Shown here piece after piece: positions 1 to 9,974 of a stretch of DNA of 64,000 nucleotides. Source of the DNA: an uncultured Candidatus Bathyarchaeia archaeon (GTDB lineage: Archaea > Thermoproteota > Bathyarchaeia > Bathyarchaeales > Bathyarchaeaceae); NCBI GenBank assembly GCA_964655075.1, contig CAZZLD010000008.1:380-64379 (forward strand), given 5' to 3'. The notes below the pieces were generated by a model that was not told where the DNA came from, made no database searches, and saw only the letters and a list, made by a program, of their open reading frames with translations. Numbering within the stretch: the first letter of the stretch is position 1; each line of letters begins with the position of its first letter. The translations under genes were made by a program, and so were the position numbers.

Positions 1-1
1 C

Positions 2-253
2 TACAACGTTACTTTAACCATTATAGATAGTCGAGGATTAAACGCCACCATGTCTATTCTGTTGTCTGTTAGGCGTTTAGGTGATGCTAACGGCGACGAC
101 CACTGCCAAGTCGGTGACCTAGCCATCTTGGGTGGATCATGGTATAAGTGTGAGGGAAATCCCGGCTACGACGCGAGGGCCGACTTCACCGGCGACGGAT
201 GCGTCAATATAAACGACCTAGCCATCCTAGGCGCAAACTGGTACAAATATTAA
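2..253 (+). CDS. 3' end of a secreted PKD/dockerin-module protein (5' end outside window)
   Basis: Frame is open from nt 2. YNVTLTIIDSRG looks like the last strand of a PKD domain. Two Ca-binding dockerin repeats: GDANGDDHCQVGDLAILGGSW and DFTGDGCVNINDLAILGANW. Confidence 0.6.
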   Translation, partial: YNVTLTIIDSRGLNATMSILLSVRRLGDANGDDHCQVGDLAILGGSWYKCEGNPGYDARADFTGDGCVNINDLAILGANWYKY

Positions 254-336
254 CACTCTCACTGCATGCATCGAAAAAGCCACTAACCTCTTCAAATAAC
301 ATCCCGCCATAGTTTTTGTTTTGTTCCAATTAGGCT

Positions 337-1125
337 TCAAACGTGTGCGCGTCGCGCTGTTTTTTCTGTAAGCCTAGCTTTGAGTATTTTTGCGATTAAA
401 GCGATTGTTATTGCGGTTGCGCTGATTCCCGCAGTTACGACGATGGTTTGGTTTTCATTTTGCTTGACTATTATGCCTATGAGCGCCCAAACGATGACGA
501 GGCTGAATGCAACATCTTTCCTTGTGATGACCACTGCGAGGGTTATAATTAACGCTACGACAATCACGAGGGCGGTCCAAGCGACGTCACTGAGTCCCCA
601 GCCGTCCCAGTTGATTGCGACCAGTGCAGCGGCAACGTTGGCTATGGGCGCCACTGTGATCCAGCCTAGGTAGACGCTGAAAGGCAGATGCACACATAGT
701 TTTTCCCTTAAGGGAGCATCGGACTGACCGATCTGGAGGCGTAGGTAAATTGCGATCAGCGTGCCTAGGAGTGCGAACATGGGTACAAGAGATAAAACTA
801 TTTTTTCGTAGTGCCATAGGAAAAGCCATGAAATGTTTGCGATGCTGCTTAGTACAAAAAGATAGCTGATTTTGTGTAGGAATGGTTTTTCTCGTTGTTT
901 GGGTGATGCTTGGTAAATGGTGAAGATTAGCAGTAGGGTGTAGATTATGCTCCATATTGAGAAGACGTATCCTGCTGGGGTGAACAGGTTCGGGTATGAG
1001 TCTGATATCTCGGCGGTAGATTTTCCGTTTAGTGGTAAAATTTCGCTTAATGCATTGACTGCGACGAGTATTATGAAGGCGGCTACGTTTGAAACCTGCA
1101 GAATGAGGTTCTTTGAGGTTGACAT
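337..1125 (-). CDS. polytopic Trp-rich integral membrane protein (TspO/MBR-like N-terminal half possible)
   Basis: 262-aa ORF with about 8 hydrophobic helices. FTPAGYVFSIWSIIYTLL and SWLFLWHY are reminiscent of tryptophan-rich sensory proteins. Confidence 0.5.
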   Translation of the reverse strand: MSTSKNLILQVSNVAAFIILVAVNALSEILPLNGKSTAEISDSYPNLFTPAGYVFSIWSIIYTLLLIFTIYQASPKQREKPFLHKISYLFVLSSIANISWLFLWHYEKIVLSLVPMFALLGTLIAIYLRLQIGQSDAPLREKLCVHLPFSVYLGWITVAPIANVAAALVAINWDGWGLSDVAWTALVIVVALIITLAVVITRKDVAFSLVIVWALIGIIVKQNENQTIVVTAGISATAITIALIAKILKARLTEKTARRAHV

Positions 1126-1163
1126 AACATAAATATCTACTATCGCATATGAAATAAAGCTTT

Positions 1164-1415
1164 CTAGGTTTTGGGAGGGGTTGTTGGGGTTTGTTTTTTT
1201 GGTTTGTTGAAGTATAGGGCTGCTTCAGCTATGATTGAGGCTACTCCCAGAGCCATTAGCAGGATTCCTAGCCATTGATAAGAGGGAATCCATGATCCAT
1301 CCCTATTTTCCTCATAGAAGTAGGCAACTAATCCAAAGAATATCAGTATAGCGCCCAGAATAACAAACCATCCATTAGGCGACCAGCCACTCCGCGATTC
1401 GCCTTTTTCACTCAT
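1164..1415 (-). CDS. small two-helix membrane protein
   Basis: 83-aa ORF with two hydrophobic helices and a basic Pro/Thr tail. Confidence 0.4.
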   Translation of the reverse strand: MSEKGESRSGWSPNGWFVILGAILIFFGLVAYFYEENRDGSWIPSYQWLGILLMALGVASIIAEAALYFNKPKKQTPTTPPKT

Positions 1416-1437
1416 TCCAATTCCTCGCGCAAACGCT

Positions 1438-1650
1438 TTATTCCCGGTGTTTAATGACAGTCAGGTTTACGGCGATGTCGCCTTCCCATTGGAACCCGTG
1501 GCTTGTATACAGTATGAGGCTTTTCCCCGTGCTTGACGGCTTAGGGTCATTGGTCAACTCCACCGTTAAAGTAAGCTTGTTCCCCACTCGCTTAATATCC
1601 ACATCTTCACCTCCAAATACATGCAAGTAAACACAAGAGACAATAGACAA
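1438..1650 (-). CDS. hypothetical small beta-rich protein
   Basis: 70-aa ORF with protein-like composition (KLTLTVELTNDPKPSSTGKSLILYTSHGFQWEGDIAVNLTV). No family recognised. Confidence 0.3.
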   Translation of the reverse strand: MSIVSCVYLHVFGGEDVDIKRVGNKLTLTVELTNDPKPSSTGKSLILYTSHGFQWEGDIAVNLTVIKHRE

Positions 1651-1786
1651 TAAAAGGTAACCCTATCCTTTTTATGTTTTCCTTAAGCGAACCCCTAGGC
1701 GCATAAACCTGCATGCAACCAAGAACCAACAAATAAACACTCATATTCTGAGAGTTCAACTTATAATGCGGCCGTGAGGGTTAACC

Positions 1787-2878
1787 GTGTCCCCGCATTC
1801 AGACGAAGAAGACCTCTCAGAAGAGGAATTAGAGTATTACTCCAGGCAGATAGTCCTAAAGGAAATAGGCTACAAAGGACAGCTCCAACTAAAAAAAGCC
1901 AAAGTCTGCCTAGCAGGCCTAGGAGGCCTAGGCTCCCCAATTGCAATGCAACTAGCCGCCTTGGGCGTCGGACACCTGCGCCTCGTCGACCGAGACATCG
2001 TCGAACTGTCAAACCTCCAGAGGCAACACCTCTACACTGTGGACCAACTAGGATACCCCAAAGTTGAAGTCGCCGCTCGAAGGCTGAAGAATCTAAATCC
2101 CAACATAGAAATAGAGCCCGTTCCGCTTTCCTTGAACGCCGACAACGCAGAAGACATAATCAAAGGCGCCGACGTGGTGCTCGACGGCCTAGACAGGATG
2201 AAGCCCCGCTACGCCGTTAACAGAGCCTGCGTTAAGCTCGGCATACCCTACGTGTTCGGAGCAGCCATAACAACCCTCGGAAACACATCCACCATAATCC
2301 CCAAGAAAACACCGTGCCTCGAATGCTTCTACGGCAACCTCGACGACGAAAAACTGCCGACCTGCGCAACAGTGGGCGTACACATCTCAGTTATAAGCAT
2401 AATAGCAAGCATAGAAGTCGCCGAAGCAGTCAGAATAATCACGGGAAAACAGCCCCGCCTAGCCAACAAACTTCTCGTCTGCGACATAGAACATATGACG
2501 TTTGACGAAGTAAACGTTTCTAGAGCAGAGAAATGTCCAGTCTGCGGCTCAAAACCCACAGGCACCCCAATGCCTCTAAAACAGGAATTAATCGAAGAAA
2601 TATGCGGAAGAGGCGGAAAAAGAGCTTTCGTTGTCACCCCGAGGAAAAACCTAGAGCTAAACATGGAAGAACTGCATGAAGCCCTGAAGAGAAAATTCAA
2701 CATCAAAGTCAAAGCCAACCTCGGCATAACCTTTAACCGAAACCAAAAGACCACCGCAACTATCCTCAAAAGCGGCATAATGATCGTGGAAGGCGTGAGC
2801 GATAAAGAAGATGCACTTAATTTTTACAGCGGGATAATCATTGATGACCTCAACGTTCCTCGGTCAGCCATAAAATAA
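1787..2878 (+). CDS. ThiF/MoeB/UbaA-type E1-like adenylyltransferase with an extra C-terminal TBP-like domain
   Basis: YSRQI...GLGGLGSP nucleotide loop, LVDRD, two CxxC pairs (CLEC, CPVC). The C-terminal ~100 aa contain KTTATILKSGIMIVEGVSDKEDA. GTG start. Confidence 0.85.
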   Translation: MSPHSDEEDLSEEELEYYSRQIVLKEIGYKGQLQLKKAKVCLAGLGGLGSPIAMQLAALGVGHLRLVDRDIVELSNLQRQHLYTVDQLGYPKVEVAARRLKNLNPNIEIEPVPLSLNADNAEDIIKGADVVLDGLDRMKPRYAVNRACVKLGIPYVFGAAITTLGNTSTIIPKKTPCLECFYGNLDDEKLPTCATVGVHISVISIIASIEVAEAVRIITGKQPRLANKLLVCDIEHMTFDEVNVSRAEKCPVCGSKPTGTPMPLKQELIEEICGRGGKRAFVVTPRKNLELNMEELHEALKRKFNIKVKANLGITFNRNQKTTATILKSGIMIVEGVSDKEDALNFYSGIIIDDLNVPRSAIK

Positions 2879-3116
2879 TTATCCTAACTTTTGTGGGTGG
2901 GCGAGCGAGGGGATTTTAGAGGGAAAGGAGAAAGGCCTTTACAGACCGAGAATTCTAAACTCGCCCGCGCTCACCAGACATTAAATTTAGAGGAAACGAG
3001 TATCTAGGATTTGTGAAGGGCTAGTACAGATTCAGAGTTCATTTACAGGCACAGCGGAGAAGAAAAAGTAATTAGTGGATGTTGCTCTCACTTTTTGAAG
3101 TAAGGAATCAAAGAAC

Positions 3117-4280
3117 ATGAAGTTAGTTATGAAGTTCGGCGGCAGCTCAGTGGCGGACGCCGAGTCCATCAAGCACGTAGCGAAGATCATAGCCAATTAC
3201 ACCGAGAAGAACAGAATCGTAGTTGTGGTTTCAGCTTTAAAGGACATAACAAACCAGCTGATAGAAGCCTCCGAGAAAGCCAGAAGCGGAAACACAAAAG
3301 CCGTTAAGGAACTCGTGCGGAACTTAAAGAGCCGCCATCTAACCACCGCCCTAGAAGTCGTTGAAAACAGCGCTGCAAGAAAAAAGGTGGAACAGTCCAT
3401 CAACAAGCTCATCCGGGAGCTTGACAGAACGCTAACAGGCATAATCTATCTGGGCGAACTGACGGCGAAATCCAGAGACCACGTCTTATCCTTCGGAGAA
3501 CAGCTGTCCGCGTCAATCGTCTGGGGCGCCCTACGCAGCTTAGGCTTAAAAGTGCAATTTTTCACCGGAAAGGAAGCAGGCATAGTGACGGACTCCAACT
3601 TCGGAGAAGCCATGCCCCTACTCGACGTAACGAAAAAGCAGGTGAAAGCAAGACTCGGGCCTCTTCTCGCGAAGGGAGTAATAGTTGTGGTGATTGGTTT
3701 CATCGCCGCCACGCAGGACGGAACAACCACGACCATAGGCAGAGGAGGATCCGACTACACAGCCACAATCGTCGCCGCGTCAATAGGCGCAGACGAAGTC
3801 TGGATTTGGACCGACGTAGACGGGCTCATGACCACGGACCCAAAGATCATCCCTCAGGCGAAAAGAATTCCAGAGGTTTCCTTCGCGGAAGCCATAGAAA
3901 TGGCGGTTCTAGGCGCAAAATCCATGCATCCAAGGGCTTTGGAACCCACTATGGAGGCGGACATACCCGTTAGGATAAGGAACACGTTTAACCCCGAGAA
4001 CCACGGAACCCTCATAGTTAAAGAACAAAGGATCAAACCACGCGACATCGTGAAAGCCCTAAACATAGTAAACGACGCAGCCATGATCACAGTGGGTGGC
4101 GCAGGAATGGTGGGCACGCCAGGAACAGCCGCAAAAATTTTTGACGCAGTTGCCCGCCGAGGCGTAAACATTCGCATGATAGCCCAAGGGTCGTCAGAAC
4201 TCAACGTATCCTTCGTGGTTAAAGAGAATCAGAGCCTAGAGGCAGTTCAAGCGTTACACGAAGAATTCAAACTAAGCTGA
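3117..4280 (+). CDS. lysC: aspartate kinase
   Basis: MKFGGSSV N-terminus, GRGGSDYTA motif, C-terminal ACT-like region (VNIRMIAQGSSELNVSFVV). Confidence 0.85.
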   Translation: MKLVMKFGGSSVADAESIKHVAKIIANYTEKNRIVVVVSALKDITNQLIEASEKARSGNTKAVKELVRNLKSRHLTTALEVVENSAARKKVEQSINKLIRELDRTLTGIIYLGELTAKSRDHVLSFGEQLSASIVWGALRSLGLKVQFFTGKEAGIVTDSNFGEAMPLLDVTKKQVKARLGPLLAKGVIVVVIGFIAATQDGTTTTIGRGGSDYTATIVAASIGADEVWIWTDVDGLMTTDPKIIPQAKRIPEVSFAEAIEMAVLGAKSMHPRALEPTMEADIPVRIRNTFNPENHGTLIVKEQRIKPRDIVKALNIVNDAAMITVGGAGMVGTPGTAAKIFDAVARRGVNIRMIAQGSSELNVSFVVKENQSLEAVQALHEEFKLS

Positions 4281-4282
4281 AA

Positions 4283-4489
4283 TCAGAGAAGCCTCTGCCT
4301 GTTTAGAGTTTTTGTTTGCCATGAATAATGTCGGATTTTGGCGCTCGCTCCGTAACCGCAGGCGGCGCAACGTTTTTCCTTCACGTGGTACGCTCTTCTG
4401 CCGCATCTTCTGCATCGAATGTGGCGCGTCTTCCTCATGCGCCTTCCAAAAGAAGACGTGCCCTTGCTTGTCTTTCCCAAAAGTCTCAC
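4283..4489 (-). CDS. rpl37e: 50S ribosomal protein L37e (eL37)
   Basis: GTSSFGRR...CRRCGRRAYHVKEKRCAACGYG zinc ribbon. Overlaps the upstream Sm gene by 4 nt (the conserved archaeal Sm-L37e pair). Confidence 0.9.
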   Translation of the reverse strand: MRLLGKTSKGTSSFGRRMRKTRHIRCRRCGRRAYHVKEKRCAACGYGASAKIRHYSWQTKTLNRQRLL

Positions 4490-4713
4490 CTAGGGGGCGG
4501 CGAAATCAGAACGACGTTGTCTCCGCGCACGATGATGACGCCGAGTTTCCGCGTGTTCTCTTTATCGCTTATGTCATCTGTCTCCTCTAAGACCAGGTTG
4601 AGGTGCTGATCGAAACCCCTAAGCTTCCCCCTAAGGCTTCTCCCACCCCGCAACCTCACCAGCACAATTTTACCTAAGCTTTCCTCAAGAACCTTAATTG
4701 TCATTTCACTCAT
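4486..4713 (-). CDS. Sm-like archaeal protein (LSm/SmAP)
   Basis: Sm1/Sm2 motifs: VRLRGGRSLRGKLRGFDQHLNLVLEE ... IVRGDNVVLISP. Confidence 0.9.
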   Translation of the reverse strand: MSEMTIKVLEESLGKIVLVRLRGGRSLRGKLRGFDQHLNLVLEETDDISDKENTRKLGVIIVRGDNVVLISPPPR

Positions 4714-4899
4714 GGGTTAACCTTCTGCGTGTCTGTTCTTTCGCCTTTCTAAGAAGATTATATGAACAATTTAAATCTATTGGAAGCCGTTTTCATTAAA
4801 TTGCGAATGTTTCCAGTGGACTCGTAGAAATGTCTGAAAGCTTGTGAGACCGTTGCTAAGCACTTATAAGCCATGGCAGATCACTAATTTGCGATAAAA

Positions 4900-5124
4900 A
4901 TGTCCCTAGAAGGATTCATAGAATATAAACGAAGAGAATTCTGCAACGACATAGAATGCCCCGTGCAAATGCAGCTGAACAAGCTGGAGGCGGGATCAGA
5001 AGAATACGAGAAGGTTAGACAGACCTGTAGAACCAACTGCAGATACACCACGTGGCAGTTTCACCACTGGCTCATAGAAAAAGGCTATTTAATTCTAAAA
5101 CCAAAAGATGTGAAGGGGAAATAA
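4900..5124 (+). CDS. hypothetical Cys-containing small protein
   Basis: 74-aa ORF ending 2 nt before the aldolase gene. No family recognised. Confidence 0.35.
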   Translation: MSLEGFIEYKRREFCNDIECPVQMQLNKLEAGSEEYEKVRQTCRTNCRYTTWQFHHWLIEKGYLILKPKDVKGK

Positions 5125-5125
5125 A

Positions 5126-5923
5126 ATGGAGTGGGGAATGAAAAACAGGTTAGACCGGCTGATACAAAAGGACGGGAGAGCCCTGTTCCTGCCGATAGAC
5201 CACGGATACTTCCAAGGACCAACCCACAAACTGGAGAAGCCAGGAGAAACCATAAAACCGCTGATTCGATACACAGACGCCGTCATGCTAACACGCGGAG
5301 TGCTGAGAAACTGCGTGGACCCAGCCATCACGAAACCCATCATCCTGCGGGTCTCAGGAGGCACAAGCGTCGTGGGAGAAGACCTGTCCAACGAAGGACA
5401 GATAACGTCAATTAACGAGATTATCAGGCTTAACGCCAGCGCCGTGTCTATGTCAGTATACGTAGGAAGCAAGCATGAACACCAGACCCTGATAAACCTA
5501 GCGAGGCTTGTAGATGAATGCGAAGACTACGGAATACCCGTGATGGCGGTAACAGCCGTGGGAAGAGAACTCGAAAAGAGGGAAGCCCGCTTTCTAGCCT
5601 TATGCTGCAGAATAGCAGCTGAACTGGGCGTCAGAGTGGTGAAAACCTACTACTGCGAGGAAGGGTTCGAAAAGGTCGTTGAAGGATGTCCCGTGCCTGT
5701 AGTAATCGCAGGAGGCCCAAAAGTGGACACCGAGCTAGAGGTATTCGAATTCGTCCACGACGGCATACAGAAGGGCGCCATAGGAGTAAACCTCGGAAGA
5801 AACATATGGCAAGCAGAACATCCAGTAGCCATGATAAGGGCCATAAGAGCCATAATTCACAAAAACTACACGCCAAAGGAAGCCCAAGACCTGTTCGAAA
5901 AAGTAAAGAAGGAAAAGGCTTAA
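5126..5923 (+). CDS. DhnA-type class I aldolase (FbaB / ADH-synthase family)
   Basis: LPIDHG, Schiff-base Lys context VVKTYY, AGGPK, GRNIWQ. Collinear with archaeal MJ0400-type proteins as I remember them. Confidence 0.75.
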   Translation: MEWGMKNRLDRLIQKDGRALFLPIDHGYFQGPTHKLEKPGETIKPLIRYTDAVMLTRGVLRNCVDPAITKPIILRVSGGTSVVGEDLSNEGQITSINEIIRLNASAVSMSVYVGSKHEHQTLINLARLVDECEDYGIPVMAVTAVGRELEKREARFLALCCRIAAELGVRVVKTYYCEEGFEKVVEGCPVPVVIAGGPKVDTELEVFEFVHDGIQKGAIGVNLGRNIWQAEHPVAMIRAIRAIIHKNYTPKEAQDLFEKVKKEKA

Positions 5924-5938
5924 CAGCTTTCCTTAATT

Positions 5939-6979
5939 TTGGGTGAACCTATGCTTGTAGCGGTCTACCACAACAACAACGACGTGAGAGTTCAAGAAAT
6001 GCCCAAACCAGAAATCGGGCCCGACGAAATACTAATGAAAGTCATGGCTAGTGGAATATGCGGAAGCGACGTAGTAGAGTGGTACAGGCTTCCTAAGGCT
6101 CCAAGAGTTTTGGGGCATGAGGCAACGGGAATCATCGAAGAAACTGGAGAAAAGGTAACAAAATATCGGGTCGGAGACAGGGTCTTCGTTTCGCATCATG
6201 TGCCATGTAACAAATGTCGATACTGTCTAAGGGGGCATCACACGGCGTGCGAAACCCTGCACACGACAAACTACTATCCTGGAGGATTTTCGCAATACAT
6301 ACGGGTCCCAAGAATAAATGTGGAATACGGCGTATACAAGCTGCCGCCAAACATTTCCTACGAAGAGGGAGCCTTCATTGAACCCTTAGGATGCATAGTC
6401 AGAGGCCAAAGGCTTGCAGCCATTCGGAAAGACGACACACTGCTAATAATAGGAAGCGGAATATCAGGAATACTTCACATACAGCTTGCAAAATTCAGGG
6501 GCGTTCAGAAAATAGTTGCCGCCGACATAAACCCACACCGCCTAAAACTAGCCGAAAAATTCGGAGCCCACCACACAATAGACGCAAGAGAAAACATTCC
6601 ACAAAAACTGAAGGAAATAAACGAAGGAAGACCAGCTGATCAAGTAATACTGTGCACAGGCGCAACCCAAGCCGCTCTAACAGCGTTAGAGTGCATAGAC
6701 AGGGGAGGAACAATCTTGTTTTTCGCCGTTCCAGACCCCACAGTAAAACTTCCAATACCCATAACTCAATTCTGGAGGAACGAAACAACAATAAAAACCT
6801 CCTATGGCGCAGCTCCAAAGGACTTGGAGGAATCCCTAAAAATTCTAGCCCAAAAGAAGATAAACGTTACAGATATGATAACGCATAAACTGAGCCTCCG
6901 CGAGATAGCTAAAGGTTTCAGGCTTGTGGCGGAGGCAGGCGAATCCCTAAAGGTAATTATTGAGCCAAACAGGGTCTAA
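5939..6979 (+). CDS. zinc-dependent medium-chain alcohol/threonine dehydrogenase
   Basis: GICGSD, GHE, structural Zn cluster CNKCRYCLRGHHTAC, Rossmann GSGISG. The true start is probably the ATG 12 nt downstream. Confidence 0.8.
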   Translation: MGEPMLVAVYHNNNDVRVQEMPKPEIGPDEILMKVMASGICGSDVVEWYRLPKAPRVLGHEATGIIEETGEKVTKYRVGDRVFVSHHVPCNKCRYCLRGHHTACETLHTTNYYPGGFSQYIRVPRINVEYGVYKLPPNISYEEGAFIEPLGCIVRGQRLAAIRKDDTLLIIGSGISGILHIQLAKFRGVQKIVAADINPHRLKLAEKFGAHHTIDARENIPQKLKEINEGRPADQVILCTGATQAALTALECIDRGGTILFFAVPDPTVKLPIPITQFWRNETTIKTSYGAAPKDLEESLKILAQKKINVTDMITHKLSLREIAKGFRLVAEAGESLKVIIEPNRV

Positions 6980-7062
6980 CCCTTGATCCATGCATACATA
7001 AAAAGGGTCTGCGGGAAGCATCTTCTCTATAGTTATAATTTAAATTCCATGTCTGAATAATA

Positions 7063-7569
7063 ATGTTGACGATGTTTAAAGTTTCGAAGCGGCACTTCCT
7101 AAAGGAAAAGGAAGCTGAGCAGCTCCTCAAGGAACTTTCGCAGAAACTCAGGATAGACCTTAAGCAACTGTTCGGAACCAAAATCCGCGTTGAACAGACA
7201 GAAACTCAAGGCGCAAAAATCTTCATTATCGATGGGAAACCGTTGTTTGCAAGGCTGGATGGAACGCTTTTGCCTACGTTAAAGTTTGAAGACATCTTAT
7301 CTTTCCTCCCCAAGCTGATAGTGGACATGGGCGCAGTTTCGTATGTCTGCAACGGAGCTGACGTGATGGCGCCCGGAGTTGTTGAGATCAAAGGAAACTT
7401 CAATGAAGGAGACTTTCTTGTAATTGCGGATGAACGCCACGAAAAACCGCTGGCTATAGGAATCGCCCTCGCAAACTCACAGACTGCAAAAACCCTTAAA
7501 CATGGAAAAGTTGCAAGAAACACGCACTTCGTAGGCGACAGCCTCTGGGCTGTCATAAAAAACATCTAA
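7063..7569 (+). CDS. PUA-domain RNA-binding protein (MCT-1/Tma20-like)
   Basis: C-terminal PUA signature: VDMGAVSYVCNGADVMAPGV...GDFLVIADERHEKPLAIGIAL. Confidence 0.7.
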   Translation: MLTMFKVSKRHFLKEKEAEQLLKELSQKLRIDLKQLFGTKIRVEQTETQGAKIFIIDGKPLFARLDGTLLPTLKFEDILSFLPKLIVDMGAVSYVCNGADVMAPGVVEIKGNFNEGDFLVIADERHEKPLAIGIALANSQTAKTLKHGKVARNTHFVGDSLWAVIKNI

Positions 7570-7666
7570 CGGGAAAGCTAAACTAAACCAAATTTTGGGG
7601 TAAATAAGGAAACCTTTAAAGTCACCGCGCCCCAAAGTAACTTTTACCGAAGAAGGTGCAGAACCT

Positions 7667-8071
7667 TTGCCGCGTATAGGGAAGAAAATCAAGATTTTCG
7701 GCAAGACTAAAAAACCTGAGGAACCTAAGGCGGAGCCAGAAACCGCGGAGGAGCCAGTTGAAGAGTTTGTTGTTAATCCTCCTCCACCAGAAGTTTACTT
7801 TAAGGCTATGCCTCTGCGAGAACTTGAAGACGTAGACATCATCAAACGCGAAGTTACGTTGGGGAACATCCTCGTCATAAGGGTTACTCCCCTCGCGAAG
7901 AAGAGCATCGACGACGTGAAAAGGGCGGTTAACGAGTTAAGCGAGTTTGTTCAAAGGGTTAAAGGGGACATCGCCCGCCTAGGTGAAGAACGCGTGGTGG
8001 TTACTCCGTACTTTGTTCGAATTTGGCGCAGCGGCACAGTGTCTGAGAAGAACGTTCCTACCGCAGCCTGA
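7667..8071 (+). CDS. sepF: archaeal cell-division protein SepF
   Basis: Acidic/Pro linker followed by a DUF552-like core (LGNILVIRVTPL...VKGDIARLGEERVVVTPYFVRI). TTG start. Confidence 0.65.
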   Translation: MPRIGKKIKIFGKTKKPEEPKAEPETAEEPVEEFVVNPPPPEVYFKAMPLRELEDVDIIKREVTLGNILVIRVTPLAKKSIDDVKRAVNELSEFVQRVKGDIARLGEERVVVTPYFVRIWRSGTVSEKNVPTAA

Positions 8072-9974
8072 TTGTTTCTAGAACGCTTGGCACCATAGTT
8101 TCAACCTTGTACTTCCTATAGAGGCTATTCGCTAAACTTAGGCACTTCGTTCTTTCGCCGTGGCAGACAATTATTCTTTCAGGCTTCGGCGTGACTCTGT
8201 GCACGTAATTGGTGATCTGCTTCCTGTCTGAGTGTCCCGAAAATCCTTCGATTGATTCAACCTTCAATTTTACCTTTGTGATTTCAACCTTTCCGTTGCT
8301 GTTCAGCATGGAAGTTTCTGTCAAGCCCTTCTGCACTCGGCTTCCCAAGGTTCCCTCAATCTGGTAGCTGATGAAAATGATCGTGTTGCGTTCGTCTGAC
8401 GCTAGACGCTTGAAATAGTCGATCACGGGTCCGCCTTCCAGCATGCCCGATGTGGCTACGATGATGCTTGGTTCTCCTTCTATGATTTCCTCTCTGGCGC
8501 TAGGATGTTCCACGATGGTGAAATAGTCAGATTGGAACGGGTTTACTCCTTCGTGGAGGACGCTGTTTCGTATGGGCTTCGCCAAGTACTCGGGGTAAGC
8601 CGTGTGGATGGCGGTTGCCTCGGAGATCATGCCTTCGATGAACACGGGCGCCTCCTTCAGCAAGCCTCGCCGCATGTACTCGTCTATAACCAGCATGGCT
8701 TCTTGGGCTCTCCCGACGGCTGGAACCGGAATTATCACTTTTCCCCCCTGTTCTAGCGTTTGGTTGATGGTTGAGGTGAGCCTTTCTTCTGATTCTAGTC
8801 TTGGGGGCATTATGTCTTGGGGTGCGCCGTAGGTGCTTTCGGTTATTATGGTTTCCACTCTTGGGAAGTCGGTGGCAGCTGGCTCTAAAAGCATGGTTTG
8901 CCCGTACTTGTAGTCTCCTGTGTAGACGATGTTGTGTAAGCCTTCTCCTATGTGCAGGTGGGCTATGGAGGAGCCCAGTATGTGTCCTGCGTTGTGGAGT
9001 GTCAAGCGTACGTCTGGGGATACGTCTGTTACTAGTCCGTACCGGAGGGGGATCGTGTGTAGTACGCTGTCGCGGACGTCTTTTTGGTCGTAGGGCGGCA
9101 TGATTCCCTGTTTGCTCATGACGTCGAGGTAGTCCATTTGGAGGAGGGTCATGAGGCTTAGGGTTGGGGCTGAGCAGTAGACGGGTCCGTCGTATCCGTA
9201 TTTGAATAGAAACGGGAGGAAGCCGCAGTGGTCGAGGTGCGCGTGGCTTATAACAACCGCGTCCAACGCGTCCAAGTCGAATTGGCCTACGTCGAGGCGT
9301 GGGTAGGCGTTGAGGGGGTTGAGGTTTCCTGGGTGGATGCCGCAGTCCAGCAGCACTTTGCTTTCTCTTGTTTCGAGGAGGATGGCTGAGCGTCCGACTT
9401 CTTGGAATCCGCCGAGGGCGGTTATTCGGATGTCTCCTGTTTCGTTGATGACGGGTCTGAAGATTCTTTCTCCGACGGTTCGGAGGATTCTGCTTCGTTC
9501 TTTGCTTTCGGAGTGGAGGAAGTGGCGGATGTGGGCCATGATCTTCGACGGGATTGGGGGGCTTCTGAGGACGCGGGGTCTCCATCGGGTTTGTTTTATG
9601 ATCTCTTGAAGCACAGTGCCGTTTTTTCCGATGACTAGTCCGGGTTTTTTGGCTTCTATTACGACTTCGCCGAGGCTGGGATCAAAGTTGGTGTTGGTGA
9701 TTTCCGCTTCTTCTGAGACGATTTCCGCTATGGCTTTTTCTGTTTCCTTCTCGTCGAGGCGTATGGAGGGGTCTGAGCGGATTACGATTCTTTTTCTGAT
9801 GAGGCCTACTATGTCTGCTACGACGTAGCTTTGTTCGATGAGGATTTCTGGGCGTTTGGTGTATACCGCTAGGGCTGGGCCTTCGTATTCTATGCGGGTG
9901 ATTTCGGCTTCTTTCGGTATGTGGTCTAGGATGACTTTACTGATGTCCACTTCGTTTTTGCTGTTCGAAGTCAC
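8058..9974 (-). CDS. aCPSF1 beta-CASP ribonuclease with N-terminal KH domains
   Basis: 638 aa. KH-like N-terminus, metallo-beta-lactamase motif HAHLDHCG, beta-CASP region, C-terminal VCHGE. Confidence 0.9.
   Translation of the reverse strand: MTSNSKNEVDISKVILDHIPKEAEITRIEYEGPALAVYTKRPEILIEQSYVVADIVGLIRKRIVIRSDPSIRLDEKETEKAIAEIVSEEAEITNTNFDPSLGEVVIEAKKPGLVIGKNGTVLQEIIKQTRWRPRVLRSPPIPSKIMAHIRHFLHSESKERSRILRTVGERIFRPVINETGDIRITALGGFQEVGRSAILLETRESKVLLDCGIHPGNLNPLNAYPRLDVGQFDLDALDAVVISHAHLDHCGFLPFLFKYGYDGPVYCSAPTLSLMTLLQMDYLDVMSKQGIMPPYDQKDVRDSVLHTIPLRYGLVTDVSPDVRLTLHNAGHILGSSIAHLHIGEGLHNIVYTGDYKYGQTMLLEPAATDFPRVETIITESTYGAPQDIMPPRLESEERLTSTINQTLEQGGKVIIPVPAVGRAQEAMLVIDEYMRRGLLKEAPVFIEGMISEATAIHTAYPEYLAKPIRNSVLHEGVNPFQSDYFTIVEHPSAREEIIEGEPSIIVATSGMLEGGPVIDYFKRLASDERNTIIFISYQIEGTLGSRVQKGLTETSMLNSNGKVEITKVKLKVESIEGFSGHSDRKQITNYVHRVTPKPERIIVCHGERTKCLSLANSLYRKYKVETMVPSVLETIRLR

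Noticed and set aside
2890-2990. Possible riboswitch or structured leader upstream of aspartate kinase (GGTGGGCGAGCG...CTCGCCCGCGCTCACC pairing)
   Set aside because: Only a loose long-range stem is present, with no resemblance to the lysine riboswitch core that I can recognise. Not supportable without covariation data.
8527-9585. 352-aa ORF on the minus strand, extremely Pro/Arg-rich
   Set aside because: It lies entirely inside the aCPSF1 gene in another frame. The low-complexity composition is typical of an alternate-frame artefact.
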